A stretch of DNA of 64,000 nt, from positions 124,001-188,000 of the forward strand of contig JAPEUD010000051.1 of NCBI GenBank assembly GCA_026026165.1, read 5' to 3'. The notes under the pieces are model-generated. The model was given only the letters and a program-made list of their open reading frames with translations. It did not search any database and was not told the DNA's origin. How positions within the stretch are numbered: position 1 is the first letter of the stretch; the number at the start of each line of letters is the position of its first letter. The DNA comes from Sarea resinae. Lineage: Eukaryota. The position numbers were made by a program, and so were the translations under genes. Positions 38,760 to 50,553 of the stretch are shown piece by piece.

Positions 38760-41534
38760 ATGGCGGGTATGCAGCCGCCGCCGCCGCCGCCACCACCTCT
38801 TTATCACGGTCCTCCAGGCTCCTTTCCAGATTATGGGCCATCTATACTGGATACCTTGGGCCCTGAATTTGTTGACATGAACTTCGACCATTCAAGGGCT
38901 GGGCCAGCGGAACCGGCTCCACAGCTCGTTAACCTTGGTGGCCGGCCAAAAGGCGATCCTTCCTCTGCCCCGTCCGTCTCGTATGAGGCTTGGATCTTTC
39001 ACAAAGCCGATCCGGCGCCCGGAGGAAAATCAACCTGGGCAAAAGCGAGGAGAAACCTTTTACCCTCTCAGTCAGAAGATCTCGAGAAGCAGTTGAAGAA
39101 GCAGAGAAATGCTTCGAATGCGGCAGCAAAACAGTACGCAAAGCTCAAAGATCTCAAGCAGGCTCAGATTGATCGTTTACTCGCCGACAAATTACGTGAT
39201 GAAAGCGATCCGCGGGCTGAGTGGACTCTTGCTTCCCTGAAATTAGAAGAGAGAATCATATCCCGGACCGCCAAAGAAACATTGTCCATGGAAGCGATTC
39301 TGAAACGACAACTTCGTAAACCCCCCAAAGGCAAACCAGGAAAGGCCAGCAATTCGAAGCAGAAGTCCCAAGGTGTGCATGTGGAGAAGGCCTTTCACGC
39401 TGAGCCAGCAAGGCTGGATCCGGGAATGGGTATTGCCGGAGATTTTGGCGGACCCTTTGGACTACCTTCAGACTTTGGCAATCCTCCGGTGGGCCTAGGG
39501 CACATGGGACTGCCTATGGATCACGGTGCACCATTTGCGCCGCACGCCGATTTCGGCATGCATGCGGAACCGGCCGATGACTTTGGGCAGCCTCACTGCG
39601 GAGCTGAAGGCGGCAGCGACCCGATTGTCATCATAGACGACGACAAGTTTGGTGGAGGAGCGCCATTCCTCGATGGGCCGCCCTCCATGGGTCAAGGATT
39701 TCCGGATCTGCCGCCATATCCTCCAATGGGAGATCCGATGGGAATGCCGATGGGTAATCCAATATCTATTCCACATCAGCATCCAGCACAGCAAGCACAG
39801 GCGATCTTTGGCCAACCAATGACACAAAAAATGTCTCCTCCTAGAACGATGCCTGCTCAACCAAATATGCCTGTCAAGCCAAAGATGTCTGCTCAACCCA
39901 AAGCACCTACTCAATCAAAGATGCCATCAGAACCGAAAATGCCTCCCGAACCCAAGATGCCTTCAAAGTCAAAGGTTTCTCAACCAATGGAGATGCCTTC
40001 ACAACTGAAGATGACGCCAGTGCCTCAAACAATGGCCTCTAAGTCAAAGGCGCAGTCATACTCGCGGAAATTATCTCCATCAGAGTACGTGCCAACTTCA
40101 CCACCGAGCCCCCCTAAGCAGCCCGCATCACCTCAGAAGCAAGCTGAACCGCCAAAAGAAGATATACCCACTACGGATGAGCTCTCGCCTGAGCAGGAAA
40201 CGCCTGAGCCTGAATCTCCTGAGTTGGGATCTCCTCAGATGGAGCCCCCTGAGATTGAACCTCCTAAAATGGAACCTCCTAAGGTGGAATCTCCCAAGGT
40301 GGAATCTCCCAGGGTGAAATCTCCCGAGGTGGAATTTCCTAAGATGTCACCTCAGATAGAACCATCTCAGGCAGAAGTACCTAAGGCCACACTGCCTAGA
40401 GGCGAATCTTCGGAGGCAGAATTGTCCGAGGAAGAATTGTCGGAAGAAGAATACTCTGAGGATGAATACTCTGAGGAAGAATCGTCCGAGGAAGAATTGC
40501 CTGAGCAGAAGCTACCCAGGCAGCAGCCACCCAAACAGGAGTCGCCCAAACAGGAGTCGCCCAAACGGGAGCCACCTAAACAGGCGCCACCTAAATTTCA
40601 TTCACCTCGGAAGGAAGAACCTGCAGAGCCACCCTTACCTGCACAGCCGATCCTCTCCCCGCGAAAGTCAGCACCTCAACCGGCCAAACCTCAACCGCCA
40701 CAGGTGTCATACGGTAGACATATAGCACCCAAAGATGTGTCATATTCACCGGTACTCCAAGACGTCTCCGAACGAAGGGGCTCCCTTAAGGCCGGCCCTC
40801 AATCCCGGATCAAGAATGAGCAGCCTGCTCCCAAAGTTCAGTCGCCATCGGGACAGCCGAAAGTAGTCCAAGAGACGCAAGCGAAGCCGTCGAGGCCGCA
40901 GAGTCTCAGATCACAAAGTACCAAATCACAGTCCGATAAGCATTCTGTGGTATGGCCTGACAGTAGCGATGAAGATGACGATAGCCTCTTTGAGGAAGAT
41001 CGCGAGACGTTCACGGATGACTCGAGTTTGAGTGCTGCACCCCAGTCGCCTCATGTACCCAGAGACCACCGCCGTGGAAGCATTTATCGATCAAGACGTC
41101 CCACGTCGGATGAAAGAAAGGTACACCACAACTCCGTCCACAGGGAGTACCCAAATCAGGCTTATATCGGGTATCGTCCTGCCGGAGACGATTGTGAAGA
41201 AGTACCAGAAATCAACCTCCGAGAGTATCAGTCATATAGCCATCGCCCCTATTCGTATGGACCCAGGCACGAGCCGCCTGTCATGCCTCCCCGGCATCTC
41301 CTGAGTGGAGAAGCCTACCTTCCCCAGGAAGCACCTATTCAGGCATATTCCCAGTCGTCCAGTTATATGTCATCGCAGAGACCGCCGGAAGCACCTTCGG
41401 CTCCGGACTATGGTGGCGATCTGGACCATCAGCCTTACCTCCGTGATCGAATTTTTCGCGATTCACCACGAGATGGATACTACGGACGGCCTCAGTACGA
41501 CCAGCCTTTCGACGGTTACTATAGACAGCAATGA
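38760..41534 (+). CDS. 924-aa Pro/Ser/Glu-rich, largely disordered protein with tandem 5- and 6-aa repeats
   Basis: Uninterrupted 2.8-kb ORF. A short globular-looking segment at aa ~75-185, then the repeats. Confidence 0.75.
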   Translation: MAGMQPPPPPPPPLYHGPPGSFPDYGPSILDTLGPEFVDMNFDHSRAGPAEPAPQLVNLGGRPKGDPSSAPSVSYEAWIFHKADPAPGGKSTWAKARRNLLPSQSEDLEKQLKKQRNASNAAAKQYAKLKDLKQAQIDRLLADKLRDESDPRAEWTLASLKLEERIISRTAKETLSMEAILKRQLRKPPKGKPGKASNSKQKSQGVHVEKAFHAEPARLDPGMGIAGDFGGPFGLPSDFGNPPVGLGHMGLPMDHGAPFAPHADFGMHAEPADDFGQPHCGAEGGSDPIVIIDDDKFGGGAPFLDGPPSMGQGFPDLPPYPPMGDPMGMPMGNPISIPHQHPAQQAQAIFGQPMTQKMSPPRTMPAQPNMPVKPKMSAQPKAPTQSKMPSEPKMPPEPKMPSKSKVSQPMEMPSQLKMTPVPQTMASKSKAQSYSRKLSPSEYVPTSPPSPPKQPASPQKQAEPPKEDIPTTDELSPEQETPEPESPELGSPQMEPPEIEPPKMEPPKVESPKVESPRVKSPEVEFPKMSPQIEPSQAEVPKATLPRGESSEAELSEEELSEEEYSEDEYSEEESSEEELPEQKLPRQQPPKQESPKQESPKREPPKQAPPKFHSPRKEEPAEPPLPAQPILSPRKSAPQPAKPQPPQVSYGRHIAPKDVSYSPVLQDVSERRGSLKAGPQSRIKNEQPAPKVQSPSGQPKVVQETQAKPSRPQSLRSQSTKSQSDKHSVVWPDSSDEDDDSLFEEDRETFTDDSSLSAAPQSPHVPRDHRRGSIYRSRRPTSDERKVHHNSVHREYPNQAYIGYRPAGDDCEEVPEINLREYQSYSHRPYSYGPRHEPPVMPPRHLLSGEAYLPQEAPIQAYSQSSSYMSSQRPPEAPSAPDYGGDLDHQPYLRDRIFRDSPRDGYYGRPQYDQPFDGYYRQQ
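40195..40600 (+). repeat. Coding 15-nt minisatellite (E[SP]PK[VM], E[LY]SEE, Q[EQA][SP]PK units)
   Basis: 15-nt periodicity, e.g. GTGGAATCTCCCAAG, GAATTGTCCGAGGAA, CAGGAGTCGCCCAAA. Confidence 0.85.
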
Positions 41535-42862
41535 GAGCGATTTTCTGGAGTTGCGGTGACTGAAGACTTCTTTATAGTCAATACCCGCAAGCATTTTTTG
41601 TACCATTGGCGTCCTGCTTTTCTTCTGCATTTTCTTCTTTTCGGATCTTGGGGGCATTGTAGAGCAAAAAGTCATGTACGGATTACGGATCACGGATCAC
41701 TCACTACTGTAGACGGCCCTCTCGGGCATTAGATAAGCTCAAGCTTTGCTGATCGCTCAGCTTAAAAATAAACAAAGTACCGGAAGTTTTGATTTTGGAT
41801 GTAAATGACGATTCGTAAGACTCTGGCAAATGTGTAAATCATGACCGAAGTCAATGAGCAAGCGCAACCGGACCGAGGTGGCCGTTCTGTGAGTGAGGTC
41901 TATCAAGGGCGCGGAGCTCTTGAATATTAATGTCGCAGCAACATGCGATGCGACATTTAATGCGCTGTTCGAATGCTATCGGTGTACTTTGTCACTACGG
42001 GTGTGTACTTCGTTCTTGGCCCGAGGGGTCTTGGACGTGGGATGGAAGAATACGGGACGTTCGTGCGAGGGAGCTAAGGTAAAGGAAAAGTAGAGAAGAG
42101 TAGAGGAGGACGAGAATGGGGCGCTCAAGGACCTCGGGTACTGATGATGCCTTTTTCGCACCTTGCGGACAATTAAAGTGAATGATCCATCAGTACCGGA
42201 CGCTGGACGCTTCCTGACCTCATACTTGCTCTACCACTGGCAGGGACGAATACGTAGTACTCGTGCGCATTGATAGATACATCCATGGATTGAAGCTGTA
42301 CTATGTATGATGACGATGCGGTGCCTTCGACGGTCGTAGGGCTGCTGTTGAACAGGTCGGGATACCTTCCTTGCTTACTTGTAAAGACCGTCTTCTCCGT
42401 CTTCCCAATTTGTCTTCTCTGTGGACTGGATTTCCCACGCAGAAGGTTCCCTTATATTTCTGTGGAAGCGGCAAGATGAGGTCCAAGTAGAGTACGAGCA
42501 ACCATGATCACAAGAGACAGACGTCGTCGCCTTATTGTATGGTTCACCAGAGCTTCTCTCCACTTCGCGCACGTCCATCACGACAACGCAGTATCTGGGA
42601 TGGGTACCTCTCGAGTACCACGTAGTACCAACCAAATCCCACCATCGTCCGGTTGCCCCACCATGCCACATCTAACAGCACCGCAGAGGTAGTCTATCGT
42701 CACCCCACTGTAGCTCTGACGATTGAAATCCACCACTACTAAACAATTGAAACCTTTCGTCCGCACACTGTTCCAGTATTTATTAACAGCCTCACAATCC
42801 AATTACTCGATCAATTGACTCTTCTTGACCATCGATCCGGAATCACTATTGAATCTATCAAA

Positions 42863-43951
<1,089 letters not shown>

Positions 43952-44297
43952 AGAATGACCTGGCTGCTTTCCGGCGGGAATGGTATTTTGATATAGCTAT
44001 TGGACTTCTGTCGGCCCAGCTGATGTCCTCACGAATGACGCTGTCCCTATATGTGGATCAACCACGAAAAATAGAATGCTTGATAACCATTTAATTCTCA
44101 TATTTGACAAGACCATCAATCTACATCGATGTAATGAGCCCCACCAATTGAGCCGAAGTGTCATTGCGGTCGCTGTTGCAGTACAGGCAGACAGACAGAC
44201 CTCTCCCGAACGTAGCTCCCAGGCGCCACAAAAATGCCAGTAAAACAACAATATATCAAACAATCCTTGTGTGTATTACAATGTCTTCCCGGTGCTC

Positions 44298-44824
44298 TCA
44301 TATCGTGTGGGAGTCGCCGTGGTAAGGACTCCATACGCCTCGGACACTCTCGGTGATACTCTTAACCGGCTTCGTCACCCGCTTCAATTTCTCCCCACTG
44401 GCATCCCTTAATAGCTCTGCCTTCTGCAGGATTTGCTCCTTCTGTAGATTCCGGACACATATCGCTTTCTCACGGCCGTTGATGTAAGTTCCCTTGATGA
44501 CCGGATGCTTTCGAGGCTTGGGCGAAACGGTGATCTCAAGTTGGGGATTGGCTTTCGCAAAGGCCGGGAGGTTGTATTTCAGGAACAAGCTATTGTTTAC
44601 AATTAGCATTTCGCTTTGGCACATCATCACTCGTTGAATGCATACTTCATTCCCTTTGAGCTGCCTGCCCAGTCGCAATAGTGAAAGTCGAGTCGTTTAC
44701 ATTGTAAGACGAAGGCGCCCACGCCGTTCTTGAGGTGTGTTAGCCTTACATCCAAACACAAGACTGGAGTTTGTTATATACTGACTTGGCTCGTCGCCAC
44801 CTTTCGCAATGCTGAGACTGGCAT
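44298..44824 (-). CDS. MRPL51: Mitochondrial ribosomal protein L51/mL43, 2 introns
   Basis: NGVGAFVLQCKRLDFHYCDWAGSSKGM, HPVIKGTYINGREKAICVRNL, SVRGVWSPYH. Confidence 0.93.
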
Positions 44825-45073
44825 CGTGGCGCCTGGGTGATGATATTGTCGATCAAGGATGCCTTTGGAAGGTTTTGACGTCTGAGGTAGGGATGAGAGT
44901 ATTCGCAGGGTAACCTGTTGTAGCCGCAAGCGAACGCTTTCCTTCACCTCGCAGTTGACCCTTTCAGACCTGGCTTGCTAGGTAGGACAAGACGCGACAG
45001 CAGCACCGCGGCCATCACTTCTGTCGTTATCAGCGTCAACTCCGCACGGTGGTTCTCAGTTCACAGAGTCGCC

Positions 45074-46590
45074 ATGACGGCTCAACTTCCGCCAAATCTT
45101 CTGGCCTTGTTCGCTCCAAGACCAGCTCTTCGATACCTGCCACCGAGTGACCATGCTCCTGAGGAGCGCAAAACAGCTCCTATCTCTGGGCTAGCCCAGT
45201 ATCTGGACAAACTCAACGAACCCGATGACTATACGCCTACCGAGAGCTGGCTACAGAGGAAAGACCGTTTGAAGCAAGAGAGAAAGGAAAAGCAGGAGAA
45301 GCAGGTCACCGAAGGATTCGCAGAGTGTAAGTGTGGGCCACTGCTGACAACGTTTCGGTTGAATCGCTAATGTAATGAACTCAGATGACCCGACAAAGGA
45401 TCCTCAGGCTCGCGGAGATGCGTTCAAGACTCTGTTTGTTGCTCGATTGAGCTATGAGGCCAAGGAATCAGATCTCGAGCGCGAGTTCGGCAGATTTGGT
45501 CCCATCGAAAGAGTCAGTCTTGGAATACCCTCTGACGAATCATCATTTTCTAACCTCACGCTTGCACAGATCCGAATAGTTACTGATACCAACAGTGAAG
45601 GAGGGAAGCCAAAGAAAAAGACTCACAGAGGCTATGCCTTTATTGTCTATGAGAGGGAGAAGGATATGAAGGGTATAGCAAACTCCATCCCCCCTTGTGG
45701 CTTGACCCAACACATGAGAGACTCAGTGGGCAAAGGTCTCCACATTCACAGAATGTCACCCTTTGTCAGGTACATGTTTATATGTTGGACTGGACTGACA
45801 TCTGCGCTTTGATATCTTTTTTCATTTAGCTGCTTACAAAGAAACCGACGGTATCCGCATCAAAGACAAACGAGTATTAGTCGACGTTGAGCGTGGCCGT
45901 ACTGTCAAGGGCTGGAGGCCAAGGCGCTTTGGGGGCGGGTTGGGCGGACGCGGGTACACCAAGGCAGCCCCTCCCAGGCCAGCTGGACCAGGGGGTTTCG
46001 GCCCACCAGCAGGGCCCGGCGGCTTCAGAGGCGGCGGATTCCGTGGCGGCTTTGGTGGCCGAGGCGGCTTCCGCGGTGGTTTTGGTGGCGATCGAGGCGA
46101 CCGTGGTCCTGGGGGCCGAGGAGGTATTGGGTATCAGGGAGGTGGGTTTGGTGGGCGTGGCGGCTATGGCGGACAATCAAACGGTTTCGCTGGTGGGCAG
46201 CCACCTCCAAACGCTCCTTCAGGACCTGGGGGTGGGAGAGGGCCTGGTGGGTATGGCCGAGGGTCCGATAGTCCGGCTCCCAGCACAAATGGTGGGTACG
46301 GTGAGCGTGGCGGTCGCCCTTATGAAGATAGGCCCCCTTATCGAGACAGAGGCGATAGAGGTGATAGAAGTGATAGGGGATATGGAGGCCGTGGCAGTGG
46401 CAGCAACCGAGAGCCGGTAAGATCGCGAGATGGAGGAGGGTACAGAGACCGAGATCGCGACGGTGGCCGTGATGGTGGCCGTGATGGTGGCTATGGCAGT
46501 CGACCAAGAGACGACGATTATCCCCCCAGCAGGAAGAGGTATCACGACAACGATGGATATGACGACCCTCGAAGCAAACGAAGATATTAG
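45074..46590 (+). CDS. SNP1: U1 snRNP 70 kDa protein, 3 introns
   Basis: [33 protein letters not shown]1 [17 protein letters not shown]…[25 protein letters not shown], then an RGG/RD-rich tail. Confidence 0.96.
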
Positions 46591-47190
46591 TATCAACCTG
46601 GTTCCGGTTTGTTAAACGACTATCTCATCTTTCAGCCTCCATTCTCTCTCAATTATCGGGTAAGCCGAAGGGAATCTACGCATCCGCCTCTTTTCAGCCG
46701 ACGGACATCCTCAGAACGCGCTCTACGAGCTTCAAAGGTAGTCAAGCTCTCATCGGAGACACAGTCACCCCAAGGGCACTCGGATTCAGAAGTCGTCAAT
46801 ATTTGCTTATCGGCTACGCTTCCCTCGGTTGGTAGGGGTTAAGGATCAATGGTTTGTGAGGCGGTCATGTTTCGTTCCGAAGGATCTGATGTCCTTTGTT
46901 TTTTCGTGCTTCGGGTAGGTATCATTAAGGGTTAAAAGTGTAAAACATGGATGGTTCAGGTAAGGTCTTTGAGGTAAGACCGTCTAGTATCCTAGGCATC
47001 TGACTTGATGATCTTGTTTATCGTGTTACGTCTCGCACTGTACTCTGATCTGTATGAGGGGGTCCCATGGTAAGCAGCAAGGCATGGACAAGGATACTTT
47101 TATGCAACTCTATTGGGTCATGGCGTCGTTACTATGTACAATATCTTTCCCGGAAATTTCCTGGACTCCTCGGTAGACCTTTTCAACTAG

Positions 47191-48112
47191 TTATTCCTCC
47201 ATCGCGTCAACTTCTTTGACCTCGTTCGTCGCAGCACTCCAATATCTGTGAGCTTATTAGCATGCAGATACAATCTTTTTGGGGGGGCGCATGGGATGCT
47301 TACGCCTTGATCTGGACCCTAAACTCGGCGGTCGCAACACCGAATAGCTTCAGAAGCGCTGTTTGATGACTATTCAGTACACTACCTTCTTTGCAGACGG
47401 TGTATGGTTGATCCAGCGTAACCTTGCCCTTGACTAGGCTCGTTGGCATTCCCATTTTCCGTACGGTCTGCTCCAAAGAATGGGCCATTGGGACATCTTC
47501 TTCCGCGGGAATCTCACCACCCTGCGAGTACACCGTCCCTGCCGGAACGGTGAAGTCACGAGTTGCGTGAACACCGGCACGGGCAAAGTCTGTCTGAGCA
47601 TATGTAGAGAAGTATGAAATGATGTCGTCGGTAGGTCGAGATGTGAAGAGGAGGCCCACATTGCCGACCAAGAACTATAGCAGAAATCAATAACATGTTG
47701 AGACACGGCCACTTGAAGAAGATGGACGTACCTTGGAGAGCTTGCTGAGATTGGGCTCATATTCGTCCTCGACTGTGGTTCCCAGCGCCTTTGCCATGAC
47801 TTTCGTCTTGCCAAAGAATAATCTACCCACGGGCATTCATGTTAGCACGACGGCCGATGGCATCCCCGATAGACCATCTACTGATCTCATAGGCGGGCAG
47901 AAGGTGAGGCAATAGACTGACCTGCTATCTGAGAACTCGGTCCTTACATCCTTCAGGTAGGTGTTCCGCATATTCTCGACGGAAAAGACGAAGCAGTACT
48001 GGTACTTGTCCACACATTCTCGGACCTGCTTGAAGAGTTTCTGCGACAATTCCTTTCCCTTCTTCTCTACCTTGGACAGGTGAACGACCTTGGCGCGCTT
48101 CGACTTCGGCAT
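47191..48112 (-). CDS. MRT4: Ribosome biogenesis factor Mrt4, 3 introns
   Basis: [63 protein letters not shown]. Confidence 0.95.
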
Positions 48113-48599
48113 GGTGAGAAGGGATTCAGATCTGCTATCGATAAGAGTGGCCGGCTTTGATAGTATCGCGATGCGATGCGATGCGATGTAGAGAATCGAT
48201 TTGTGCCGTTTCGAAAATATGTCAAAAATACTATCGACATCGGCATCGGAGGAAGTTTTACGCGAGACTGCGGAGAATGGCCCGGCAAGGCACGACAAGA
48301 TAGCCGATCCCAACCTTCAGACCGTGCGAGATGCTTCATGCTACCAAGGGCAGTCAGTGTTCCAAGTACTGATGGTGAGATACCGATCCAATTGGTCTTG
48401 CGCATCATGTTATTAGTCCCGAACTGAACTCGAAGATGCCAATGAACCCAACGACCGTTCCGACTCGGTCAGATCGCTACGTCGAAGCTTGATCATGCGG
48501 CAGCGCAGACGACGATAATCGACTCTGTAAATTACGGATACTCTTTATATAAGAGGTCGTTGCTCCTAGAGCACGGCGCTTCGACTCAGGATACTCGAA

Positions 48600-49896
48600 A
48601 TGCTCGGATTCATGGACTACGTGCAGAAGGCTTTCTATGAAGCTTCCGAATGGAATCCAGACCATTCCTATGGTTCTTTGACGGCGACGGCTCGAGGTAG
48701 GCCACCTCCGGCATGCCCGCAATGGACTGCAAGCTAAACCCTTGAACCACAGCTCTTCTAGACTTTGAGACTCCTCACGGCCTTCAACTCAACGTATCTT
48801 CTCTGTCGTCCCCCAATCTTGCGACTTCCTACAACCTCAGTAGTATCGGCGTCGTCGACGGATCGCTGTCATATCTTTACTCGTCTTTACCATTGCATTA
48901 TACCTCCAGGAGCAAACTCATAGACCTCCACCATGTGATCCCTGGCTATCGGCATCTGCCGGAGCTGCGGCGACCAGATGAACCGTGGTGGTGGGAGATA
49001 TGGCGCGGCGGCAAGAGAGTAGACCAGCAGCGTAAGAAAGATTCAGCTTCGGCCAGCCGTCGAACCAATATCCGCAATTGCTAATGCATTGAAATCCAGC
49101 CACCCTTCTCTATGGCCGACTTTTTCTCCCCCATTCAACCCTCGAAGCCCTCTACCTCCGTCGCATATCCCCCACCCTCCAACTCAAGGTTTCCTGCGTA
49201 TCCGATTCGCGCCTGAAAGACGGTGGCACGATCCTCGCCCTCCTCTCCCAGGACAAAGGCAAATACAGCACCGAGTACCTCTACAGCACCGACTCGGCAC
49301 TCCTCGGCATCCGCGGCCTCTACAACTTCGGTCCGGATCCACGCGACCAACCCACCGTCGAGCCCAAGCCGACCTCCCCGGGCGAAGGCCCCTACGGCCG
49401 CTTCAGCGCCGGCGCCGAACTCTACTACGGCGTGCTCAACAAAAGCGGCGGCATGAGCACCGGCCTCCGCTTCACGACGCTGCCGCAGCACACGGGATTC
49501 CCTTACACGATGACGCTCACGCTAAACCCACTGATGGGCAACGTGTCGTCGACGTACGCCGTCAAGGCCGGCAAGGCGCTGACGCTCTGCTCGCGCTTCA
49601 ACTTCAACTTCTACTCGTACGAGTCCGACCTGCAGCTCGGCCTCGAGCTGTGGCGACGCCGACGGAAACCCGAGCTCGACTGGGTCTACGCGAAATTGGG
49701 CCGACCGCGGCCCGAGGGGGGCGATGAGGACGTCGCCGGCGTTCTGAAGGCGAAGCTGGCTCAGGACGGTAGCATCGGCTTGCTCTGGGAGGGTCGCTTC
49801 AAGGAGCTGTTGTTCAGTCTCGGAGGCTGCTTCGATATCAGACGGCGGGATCAGCCATTCCGGGCCGTGGGCATAGAACTGCAGTATTCCTCCTGA
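48600..49896 (+). CDS. MDM10: Mitochondrial outer-membrane beta-barrel Mdm10, 2 introns
   Basis: [79 protein letters not shown], terminal GIELQYSS beta-signal. Confidence 0.95.
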
Positions 49897-50553
49897 AAGT
49901 ATATATATCTTATAGGTTAGGCACCATTCAGCATAGCGTTTTGGCAATGTTCGTCCAATGCATGTGTTTTTTAAAAAAACTGCTGTTCTTTGCCTCGAGG
50001 CCACATGTAGTCAAGTTGATCTCATATCTGCGTCAAGTAATACCATGGGAGCGAGGCCGCTGATCCAAATCATGAGTCCAAGTGCTCAACGTTTCGATGG
50101 CTAAAGTCGTCATGAGTGGATGCCAAAAACCGGCAGAAATCAAGACGCATCTAATGAGCAGTGGCCACATCTGCAGTGCATACAAGGCACGAGGGACACC
50201 GAGTTTATTTGAACCGATTTCAATACTTTTCTAGCATACGAGGAGGATGCGTGTACGTCCAGCAGTGAAACAGGAATATTTCCTTCCCTGATCAGAAACT
50301 ATCCCATTTGGAGCCGACGACAGCGGCAAGAACGACAAAATTCATAGCGCATAAACGTAACGACTGATTAGTAGAAGACCACCAATACAGTGGCCACCCC
50401 ACAATTCTCGTCCTACCCCATCTTCATCCTTTCCATTACGCATTACTCACCAAGTGTATGTTGTTCGCAACGGTGGTATCATGAAACAAAACAGTACTTT
50501 CCAGAATAGCAACACGCAGAGTAGCAATTTTGGTTGCGTAGAAAGGAAAGTAT

